DNA of 64,000 nucleotides from an uncultured Trueperaceae bacterium (GTDB taxonomy: Bacteria > Deinococcota > Deinococci > Deinococcales > Trueperaceae). Shown one piece after another: positions 56,897 to 64,000 of the stretch. The notes beneath the pieces are model-generated. The model did no database searches, was not told the origin of the DNA, and saw nothing but the letters and a program-made list of their open reading frames with translations. Position numbers and translations under genes: made by a program. The stretch's first letter is position 1, and each line of letters opens with the position of its first letter. The stretch is from NCBI GenBank assembly GCA_963727505.1, contig CAVSGP010000004.1, positions 960,001-1,024,000 on the forward strand, read 5' to 3'.

Positions 56897-57829
56897 TCAT
56901 CCTTTGACTCCTCCGGCGGTGAGACCGCTGATGATGCGCTGCTGGAAGAACAGGATGAGCAGCACGAGGGGGACGATCCCCAGGGTGACGGCGGCCGAGA
57001 TCACCGCCCAGGGGAAGGCGAACTCGCCCTGGTAGAGGGTGATGCCGACGGGAATGGTTCGCATGGTGGTGGCGGTGTTGAACGTCAGCGCCAGCAGGAA
57101 CTCGTTCCAGGAGTTGACGAACGCGATGATGCCCGCCGTCACGATACCGGGCGCCGACAACGGGGCCACGATGCGGACGAGCGCGCCCAGCCGGCTGGCG
57201 CCGTCCACCGTGGCCGCCGACTCCAGGTCCTCCGGGATGAGCTGGAAGAAGCTCGTCAGGATCAGGGTGGTGATCGGCAGGCTCAGGGCGACGTAGGGGA
57301 TGATCAGTGCCCAGTAGGTGTTGAGCAGGTTCGGCGTCATGACGGTGGTCGGGAGGAAGCTCCACCCCATGGCGTGCAGGTACGCCACGACCTGACTGAG
57401 GCCGGGGACCTCGACGCCTACGAACAGGCGGTAGAGCGGGACCAGCATGACGAGCGCCGGGAACATGCTCGTCATCACGATGGCCGTGAGCAGGGCGCGG
57501 CGGCCGCGCAACCTCAGCCGTGCAAGGGCATACCCTGCCAGGGACGCAAAGAGCACACAGATGAGCGTGGCGACGATGGATACCACCGCCGAGTTCAACA
57601 GGAACCGGCCGAACGGATTCTGGGTGAACACGTCGACGTAGTTGTGCAGGATCGGATGCTGCGGCAGATAGGTGATCGGGATGCGGGTGAGCTCGTTCTC
57701 CGACTTGAACGACGTCAGCACCAGCCACACCGCCGGGAACAAACCGTTGAGGAGCATCAACAGCAGACCGAGGCGCACGAAGACGTAGCCGATCCGCTGC
57801 TGGGAAGTCCGTCGCGCTGCCCCGTTCAT
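56897..57829 (-). CDS. Carbohydrate ABC permease (MalG-type)
   Basis: LTSFK, IPEDLESAATVDGAS, SWNEFL, QQRIISGLTAGGVKG. Confidence 0.93.
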   Translation of the reverse strand: MNGAARRTSQQRIGYVFVRLGLLLMLLNGLFPAVWLVLTSFKSENELTRIPITYLPQHPILHNYVDVFTQNPFGRFLLNSAVVSIVATLICVLFASLAGYALARLRLRGRRALLTAIVMTSMFPALVMLVPLYRLFVGVEVPGLSQVVAYLHAMGWSFLPTTVMTPNLLNTYWALIIPYVALSLPITTLILTSFFQLIPEDLESAATVDGASRLGALVRIVAPLSAPGIVTAGIIAFVNSWNEFLLALTFNTATTMRTIPVGITLYQGEFAFPWAVISAAVTLGIVPLVLLILFFQQRIISGLTAGGVKG

Positions 57830-58947
57830 TCGGTGTAGATCCATCGCAGGTAGATGAGGGTAACGGTCAGGCTGATCACGAACAACACCACCGACAGCGC
57901 CGCCGCATAACCGATGTTGAGGGCCAGCGTGCTGTTGTAGATGTACACGCCTAGCGTCTCCAGACTACGACCCGGGCCGCCGCGCGTCATCGCGAACGGG
58001 ATGTCGAAGGTCTGGATGGCCGTGAGCGTCCGGAAGATCAGGGCGACGGCGATCGAGGGCCGCAGAAGCGGCAACGTGATGCGCCAGAACCGCTGCCATG
58101 CGTTGGCGCCGTCGACCACGGCGGCCTCGTAGAGGCTGGCATCGATCGACTGAAGGCCGGCCAGGAGGATGAGGCCGACGAAGGAGGACGTCTTCCAGAC
58201 GATGGTGAGGTTCACGGCCGCGATCGCGGGTGCCACGCGCGCCAGCCACAGCGGGCCTTGGATGCCGAGATGCCTGAGCACGTCGTTGATGACGCCGTAC
58301 TGGTTCTGGAACAACCACGCAAAGGTGAGTCCGGCGAACACCCGCGGCATCGCCCAGGGGAGCAGCAAGGAGACGCGGCCGAGCCAACGGAGTCGCGACT
58401 CGACGTTGGCGAGCAGGGCCAGCGGCAGGCCGACCACGAACGAGCCGATCACGCTCGCGACGAGGATCACCATCGTGATCGAGAAGGAGTCCCAGAAGCG
58501 GCTGTCCGTCCAGCGGCCGTCGGGACCGGGATGGAAGCCGAGCACATAGATCGAGAGCATGGCCAGGACCAGACCGAGGACCGCACCGGTCAACGGCGAG
58601 AGCCAGCGCCGGCGCACGACCCAGATCAGCGGCGCCAGCAGAGCGACTCCGACCAACCGTAGCCACAGCAGGTGCGAGAGGTTCCACGTCAGCCCCTCCC
58701 CCCAAAGCATCCGCCGGAAGTTCTCGAACCCGATGAAGGGCGTGCCGCGGAAGGGCTGGTTGAGCCGGTTGAAATGCAGCGACTGCCACACCACCGAGAT
58801 CATGGGGTAGAGCATCACCGCGGCCAGGGTCAGCAATGCGGGCAGGAGGAAGAGGATGCCCAACTGGGCGTCCGACAGGTTGCCGGTCCGCAGCCTCCGC
58901 CAGAAGCCGGGCTTGCGATAGGGGGTGGTGGAACGGGGTTCGATCAT
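57826..58947 (-). CDS. Carbohydrate ABC permease (MalF-type)
   Basis: FIGFENF, LLPWAMP, LAGLQSIDASLYEAAVVDGA, ITLPLL, TRGGPG. Confidence 0.93.
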   Translation of the reverse strand: MIEPRSTTPYRKPGFWRRLRTGNLSDAQLGILFLLPALLTLAAVMLYPMISVVWQSLHFNRLNQPFRGTPFIGFENFRRMLWGEGLTWNLSHLLWLRLVGVALLAPLIWVVRRRWLSPLTGAVLGLVLAMLSIYVLGFHPGPDGRWTDSRFWDSFSITMVILVASVIGSFVVGLPLALLANVESRLRWLGRVSLLLPWAMPRVFAGLTFAWLFQNQYGVINDVLRHLGIQGPLWLARVAPAIAAVNLTIVWKTSSFVGLILLAGLQSIDASLYEAAVVDGANAWQRFWRITLPLLRPSIAVALIFRTLTAIQTFDIPFAMTRGGPGRSLETLGVYIYNSTLALNIGYAAALSVVLFVISLTVTLIYLRWIYTE

Positions 58948-58973
58948 GAGTAGATACAGGGTGTCAGATCGGT

Positions 58974-59000
58974 GGGGTGGGGCGACGGGCGCCCCACCCC
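58974..59000. other. Stem-loop between SBP and permease genes
   Basis: GGGGTGGGGCG-N5-CGCCCCACCCC. Confidence 0.6.
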
Positions 59001-59026
59001 CGAGATTCGATCGGGGAACGGATCCC

Positions 59027-60292
59027 CTACTGGGACAGGATGTCCTGCAGTCCTGTCTGCATCTTCTTGAGCGTCTGATCGACGGTCAGCGACCGAGCGA
59101 AGAAGGCGTTCATGGTGGTCCGGATCAGGTTGCTGACGTCGGGATAGAGCGGCGTCACCGGCCTGGGCCGAGCGTTGATGATGACGTCGTAGAACTGCGA
59201 GAACTGCGGGGCCGCCTCGAGCACCGCCGGATCCTTGTAGAGGGACTTCCGCGCCGGGATGTTGCTGGCCTTCACCGCCAGCGTGCGCTGGCTGTCCTCG
59301 CTCGCCAGGAAGCGCATCAGCTTGAAGGCGTCCTGCTTGTGCGCGCTGTAGGGGTTCATCGCCCACTGCCAGCCCCCGACGCACGTCGCAGAAGAATTGC
59401 CCTGGAAGGCGGGCAGCGGCGCCACGCCGACCTTGCCCTTGACGGCGCTGTCCTTGTCGGCCTGGAAGTGCGCCCACGCGTAGCCCCAGTTCAGCATGAA
59501 CACCACGTCGCCGGACTGGAACATCTTACGGGAGTCGTCGGTCCCGACCGAAGCGATGTCAGGGATGGTGATGCCCGACGAGAGCGTCTCGTTGTACCAG
59601 TCGAGCGCCTGCTTGCCGGCCGCCGTGTCGACGGTGATGTTGCCGTTGGCGTCGCGCCAGTTGCCGCCTGCCGTCCACAGCGCCTCGAGGAAGGTGCAGT
59701 TGGTGCCCTCGATGGCGGCGCCCTGGTAGTTGAAGCCCTGGAGCCTGGGGTTGTTCTCCCCCTTCATGATGGTGAGCGCTTCGCTCTTCAGCTCTTCCCA
59801 GGTCTTGGGCGGCTTGAGACCGTACTTGTCGAGCAGGTCCTTGCGGTAGTAGAGGAACTGCGCGTCGGTGAAGGCGGGGACGGCGTACAGCTTGCCGTTC
59901 ACCGTATCGGCGTTGACCGGGCCGGGCAGGAACGACGCGAGGTAGGTCTTCTCCGCGTCGGGGCTCGCGAAGTAGCTGTTGAGCGGCTCGGCCCAGCCCG
60001 AGGCTGCGTACTGCGCGGGCCGCACGACGTCGATGAGCATCACGTCGATCGCCGACGACTTGCTGGTGAGCACGGTGCTCAGGTACTGCTGCTGTACATC
60101 ACTGGTCGCACCGCCCACCTCGAAGGTGGCGTGCATGTCGGGGTTCTCGGCGTTGAACTTGTCGAGCAGGGGCCCGATCACGTCGGGTCGCTGCTGACCG
60201 CCGATGAAGACCTTGAGATTCACCTGGGCGGCGCCGGTCGCGAGCAGCGCGGCGAACGCCAGGGCGAGCAGGATGCGGGTGAGTCGGTTCAT
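59027..60292 (-). CDS. Carbohydrate ABC substrate-binding protein
   Basis: Signal peptide MNRLTRILLALAFAALLATGAAQ, LYYRKDLL, PKTWEEL, GVAPLP, RPVTP. Confidence 0.92.
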   Translation of the reverse strand: MNRLTRILLALAFAALLATGAAQVNLKVFIGGQQRPDVIGPLLDKFNAENPDMHATFEVGGATSDVQQQYLSTVLTSKSSAIDVMLIDVVRPAQYAASGWAEPLNSYFASPDAEKTYLASFLPGPVNADTVNGKLYAVPAFTDAQFLYYRKDLLDKYGLKPPKTWEELKSEALTIMKGENNPRLQGFNYQGAAIEGTNCTFLEALWTAGGNWRDANGNITVDTAAGKQALDWYNETLSSGITIPDIASVGTDDSRKMFQSGDVVFMLNWGYAWAHFQADKDSAVKGKVGVAPLPAFQGNSSATCVGGWQWAMNPYSAHKQDAFKLMRFLASEDSQRTLAVKASNIPARKSLYKDPAVLEAAPQFSQFYDVIINARPRPVTPLYPDVSNLIRTTMNAFFARSLTVDQTLKKMQTGLQDILSQ

Positions 60293-60339
60293 GATTACCT
60301 CCGGAATCGTCTTGGGTCGTTGGCGAACGGACGGGTCGT

Positions 60340-61374
60340 CTACGCAGGCGGCACCTCCATCGTGGCGGGGGGACCCGTGCTGTCTCGGACGATGAGCTGG
60401 GTCGCCAGCCGGACCGACTGGACGGACCCGCCGGCCATCAGGGTGAGAAGCGCGTCGAAGGCCATCTCGCCAAGGCGGCGTGTCGCCTGCCGGACCGAGG
60501 TGAGGGCGGGGCGGGCCACGGCGGCGAGCGGCGTGTCGTCGAAGCCGACCACCGAGACGTCGCCGGGTACGCAACGGCCCGCCGCCGCAAGGGCGCGCAA
60601 CGCCCCCAGAGCGACCAGGTCGTTGTTCGCGAGCACGGCCTCGAAGCGCGTTCCGCCGGCGATCAGGCGCGCGCAGGCCTCGGCGCCGCCCGTGCGACTG
60701 TCGTCGGTGGGCACCAGCAGCGAGCGGTCGGCCACCAGCCCGAAGGTCTCGACTCCGGTCCGGTAGGCACGGATGCGCCGTTCGGCGTAGCGCGAGCCGC
60801 GGGGCCCGCTCAGGAACGCCACCCGTCGTAGACCGAGCTGCTCGAGGTGCGCCAGCGCCTGCCACACCCCGGCGCGCTCGTTGCTGCCGATGCTCACCGC
60901 GTCGAGGCTTCGCGGGCCGGCATGGATGGCGACCACCGGATAACGAGCGGTGATCAGGCGATTGAGGCCGTCGACGTCGTCGTCGGTCACGCTGGATCCG
61001 AGCACGAGCAGGCCGTCGACACGACCCTCGCGCAGCCACAGCGTGAAGTCGGGACGGGGCGCCGTTGAGAGGAGCAGCGGGAAGCCTGCCTCCTCGGCCC
61101 GGCTGGTGACGCCGAGCAGGAGCTCGCTGAAGTAGGGGTTGGCGAAGACGAGTTCGGAGCTCCGGGGAAGCATCAATCCGACGGCCTGCGCCCTGCGGCG
61201 GGTCAGCGCCCGGGCTGCGGCGTCGGGACGGTAGCCAAGCGTGTCGGCGAGCTCCCGGACGCGCGTACGGGTGGCCGCGGCGATCTGGGGGTCGTCCCGC
61301 AACGCACGCGACACCGTGGAACGGGCCAACCCCAGCCGCTCGGAGAGGTCCTTCAGAGTGAGCTTGCGCCTCAC
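60340..61374 (-). CDS. LacI family transcriptional regulator
   Basis: TLKDLSERLGLARSTVSRAL, LGYRPDAAARAL, VSVVGFDD, PALTSVRQ, LIVRDST. Confidence 0.93.
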   Translation of the reverse strand: MRRKLTLKDLSERLGLARSTVSRALRDDPQIAAATRTRVRELADTLGYRPDAAARALTRRRAQAVGLMLPRSSELVFANPYFSELLLGVTSRAEEAGFPLLLSTAPRPDFTLWLREGRVDGLLVLGSSVTDDDVDGLNRLITARYPVVAIHAGPRSLDAVSIGSNERAGVWQALAHLEQLGLRRVAFLSGPRGSRYAERRIRAYRTGVETFGLVADRSLLVPTDDSRTGGAEACARLIAGGTRFEAVLANNDLVALGALRALAAAGRCVPGDVSVVGFDDTPLAAVARPALTSVRQATRRLGEMAFDALLTLMAGGSVQSVRLATQLIVRDSTGPPATMEVPPA

Positions 61375-61445
61375 ACTCGACCGCCCGTCTCCCCGCCCCG
61401 ATCGGCCCACGACGCGCGGCCCTCAGGGACGATGCGGAAGCTACT

Positions 61446-61469
61446 TCGCAACCGGTTGCGACAACGGTA
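61446..61469 (-). promoter_or_regulatory. LacI-type operator next to an extended -10 box
   Basis: Perfect 16-bp palindrome TCGCAACCGGTTGCGA (61446-61461) with central CG; minus-strand TGnTACCGT immediately upstream. Confidence 0.8.
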
Positions 61470-61518
61470 GCACAGCCCCCAGGGCCCCGCAAGAGCGCCG
61501 AAGCGCGGCTCGCCCGGG

Positions 61519-64000
61519 TTACAGCGCGCCCTGTGCCTGAAGCCGGCGCGCCACCTCGTCGGGGGCGAGCGGAGGAGCGAAGAGGTAGCCCTGGCCGTAG
61601 TCGCAGCCCAGCTCGAGGAGCGTCTCGAGCTCCTCTTCGCGCTCGATACCCTCGGCCACCGCGTCGATTCCGAGGCTCCGGGCGAGCCCGACGATGGTGC
61701 TCACCACGTCCCTGTTAGCCGCGTCGGCGTCGATCCCTCGCACGAAGGAGCCGTCGATCTTGAGCGAGTCGATGGGGAGACGCTGGAGGTACTTCAGCGA
61801 GGAGAAGCCGGTGCCGAAGTCGTCCACCTGGACCCGCACGCCCATCCGATGAAGGCTCGTGAGCGCCTCGGCAGCGGCCTCCGGATAGCTCATCAGGGCG
61901 CCTTCGCTGATCTCGAGCTTGAGACTGGAAGCCGGCGCGCCCGCCTCCTCCAGAGCAGCTCGCAGCATCGTGTCCATGTCCTGCAGCGCGAGGTGCCGGG
62001 CCGACACGTTGACACTGACCACGGGGGGCGGCACGCTCCCGTCCAGCTCGCGTGCCCAGGTCGCGAGCTGACGCGTCGCCTGGCCGAGCACCCAGCGATC
62101 GATCGCGACGATCTGGCCCGACTCCTCGGCCAGCGGCACGAACTCCGACGGAGGGACGAGCCCGCGCTCCGGGTGCTGCCAGCGCACCAGCGCCTCGACG
62201 CCCACCAGGCGGCGTTCTCGCAACTGGTAGACGGGCTGGTACTCGAGGAACAGCTCGTTGCGATCGGGCGCACGGTGGAGGCTGGTCTCCAGCTGCATCT
62301 GCCCGAGCGCGCGGGCGTGCATGCCCTTGTCGAAGATCGCGAAGCGCGCCTTGCCCGACGCCTTGGCGCGGTACATGGCGATGTCGGCGTCGCGCAGCAG
62401 TTCCTGAGGATCGCGGTAGTGGGGCGCGGAGAAGGCGATCCCGATCGAAGCACTCGTGAAGATGTCGTGACCGTGCAACGTGAACGGCTCGGCGAGAGCG
62501 CTCTGGATGCGCGTGGCGGTCGCGGTCGCGTGGTCGGGGCCGTCGACGTCCTCGATGAGCACGCAGAACTCGTCTCCTCCCAGCCGGGCCACTGTGTCGG
62601 AACCGCGCACGCAGGTCTTGAGGCGCACGGCCAGGGCCTTGAGCAACTCGTCGCCGGCGTTGTGGCCGAGGCTGTCGTTGACGACCTTGAAGCGGTCGAG
62701 ATCCAGGAAGAGCAGCGCGAAGTGCCAGGACTCGTTGCGGGCGGCGCGCGACAGGGCCTGGCGCAGGCGGTCGAGCAGGAGCACGCGGTTGGCCAGGCTG
62801 GTCAGCTCGTCGAACAGCGCACCCTGCACCAGGCGTTCCTCGATGCGTTTGCGCTCGGTGATGTCGCGCGACGACGTCACGAAGTTGACCACCTCTCCCC
62901 GCTCATCACGCACACTCTGGGCGACGGTCTCGAGCCACACGTAGCGACCGTCGGCGCGCCGGAAACGGTACCCGACCTGGACCGACTCCTGTCCCTCCAA
63001 CAGGCGCTGCCGTCCACCCTTGCGCACCCGGTCGCGGTCCTCCTCGTGGATCAGCGTGAAGGGGTCGATCCCCACGAGCGCGTCCGGGGCGTAACCGAGA
63101 ACGGTGGTCGCCGATGGGCTGACGTAGACGCAGCGCCCCGCAGGGTCGTGCAGACAGACCAGGTCCTGCATATGCTCGGCGAGCAGGCGGAAACGCTGCT
63201 CGCTCTGTCGGACGACCCCGTAGAGGCGGCCGCGTTCCGCCGCCACCCCGAGCTGTTCGCCCAGGGCCCGCAGCATCCGGAGGTCCTCGTCGGCCGAGCC
63301 GGCGGCGCGGCCCTCCGCCACAAGCACGCCCACCACACCGTCGCCCGCCACGAGCGGGACCGCTGCCTGCCACGGAGCCGCGACCGGCGCCCCGCCGACA
63401 CCGGTCGCTTCGTCGTTTGCGCCGCCTCCGATGAGGAGCGGCTCACCAGTCTCGGCCACGCGGGAGGCGACTTGCGTCACCTCACCGAGCGCGTTTCGCG
63501 CCGACGCGCTCTCGTAGCCGAGCTGATGCTGCAACACCAGCTCGCCCCCGACCCATGCGAACAGACCCACCCTGCGGTACCCCAGCACCTCCACTGTTGC
63601 CGATGCCGCAGCGGCGAACACCGCCTGCAGGTCGAGCTCGCTGGCGACCGCGCCACGGACCCGATCGAGCAGCGTCAATTCGGCCGCCTGGCGCTTCGCG
63701 GCCTCGAACAACGATCGGTACTCGGCGGCCTGGCCACGGCTCTGTTCCACCAGAGCCAGCCGGTCGAGCGCGTTGCCGCAGGCCAGCGCGATGGCCTCGA
63801 GGAAGCCCGTGTCCTCGCGCTCGAAGCTGCGGCTCCCCGCCTGGGCCAGCGCGCTCACGACGCCGACGATCTCGCCCTCGCCGTTGCGCAGGGGCGTGCC
63901 CAGGAAGGCCACCGGCCGCGGGGCCCCGGACGGGACCGGCACATCGGTCAGGCCGGCGGCGTCGCGCACGCCGACCGTCCGGCCCTCGTCGACCACTTGC
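61519..64000 (-). CDS. GAF-GAF-PAS-GGDEF-EAL c-di-GMP signalling protein (5' end outside the window)
   Basis: DLDRFKVVNDSLGH, ARLGGDEF, ADIAMYRAK, EALVRW, DDFGTGFSSL, LKIDGSF, AEGIE; PAS segment YVSPS...LGY. Confidence 0.93.
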   Translation of the reverse strand, partial: QVVDEGRTVGVRDAAGLTDVPVPSGAPRPVAFLGTPLRNGEGEIVGVVSALAQAGSRSFEREDTGFLEAIALACGNALDRLALVEQSRGQAAEYRSLFEAAKRQAAELTLLDRVRGAVASELDLQAVFAAAASATVEVLGYRRVGLFAWVGGELVLQHQLGYESASARNALGEVTQVASRVAETGEPLLIGGGANDEATGVGGAPVAAPWQAAVPLVAGDGVVGVLVAEGRAAGSADEDLRMLRALGEQLGVAAERGRLYGVVRQSEQRFRLLAEHMQDLVCLHDPAGRCVYVSPSATTVLGYAPDALVGIDPFTLIHEEDRDRVRKGGRQRLLEGQESVQVGYRFRRADGRYVWLETVAQSVRDERGEVVNFVTSSRDITERKRIEERLVQGALFDELTSLANRVLLLDRLRQALSRAARNESWHFALLFLDLDRFKVVNDSLGHNAGDELLKALAVRLKTCVRGSDTVARLGGDEFCVLIEDVDGPDHATATATRIQSALAEPFTLHGHDIFTSASIGIAFSAPHYRDPQELLRDADIAMYRAKASGKARFAIFDKGMHARALGQMQLETSLHRAPDRNELFLEYQPVYQLRERRLVGVEALVRWQHPERGLVPPSEFVPLAEESGQIVAIDRWVLGQATRQLATWARELDGSVPPPVVSVNVSARHLALQDMDTMLRAALEEAGAPASSLKLEISEGALMSYPEAAAEALTSLHRMGVRVQVDDFGTGFSSLKYLQRLPIDSLKIDGSFVRGIDADAANRDVVSTIVGLARSLGIDAVAEGIEREEELETLLELGCDYGQGYLFAPPLAPDEVARRLQAQGAL

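Noticed and set aside
59027..61492. 821-aa ORF suggesting a long N-terminal fusion to the sugar SBP
   Set aside because: The upstream part is an off-frame read through lacI; the SBP has its own SD, ATG (60292) and signal peptide.

Overview
High-GC (about 70% by eye) bacterial chromosomal window, probably Deinococcota (Truepera-like): solute-binding proteins have non-lipoprotein A-x-A|Q signal peptides and some genes look leaderless. This assignment is inference. No rRNA, tRNA, CRISPR array, transposase or phage gene was recognised. The window is mostly catabolic and transport operons, and three separate loci point to organosulfonate degradation. (1) 1-15.4 kb: a GntR-associated divergent cluster with sulfolactate sulfo-lyase suyAB, a Gfo/Idh/MocA oxidoreductase, a TctABC transporter, an LVIVD protein, an AsfA/AprA-like flavoprotein plus ferredoxin, a creatininase-family hydrolase, a cupin and a TauT/Ssu-type ABC transporter. 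(2) 42.0-44.7 kb: CuyA-like lyase, Asp/cysteate racemase and SlcC-like dehydrogenase. (3) 51.3-61.5 kb: a LacI-controlled sugar ABC operon with an SqvD-type isomerase, a YihV-type kinase, a LacD/YihT-type aldolase and two Gfo/Idh/MocA proteins, i.e. a mosaic sulfoglycolysis cluster. Together these suggest one organism may take sulfoquinovose to sulfite. At sequence level, suyA appears to need an ATA start codon, and the divergent ABC operon leader is a degenerate copy of the suyA promoter/5' end that carries a non-AUG leader ORF. Other content: a TetR/FabH-like/acyl-CoA ligase/hydrolase/Liv operon, two peptide ABC systems, tdh-kbl, csbD and yqjDEK-like genes, ALDH16-GNAT-deoC, a membrane spermidine-synthase-like protein, a cupin-HD-GYP protein and a GAF-PAS-GGDEF-EAL protein. 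All family calls come from motif recognition, not from database searches.
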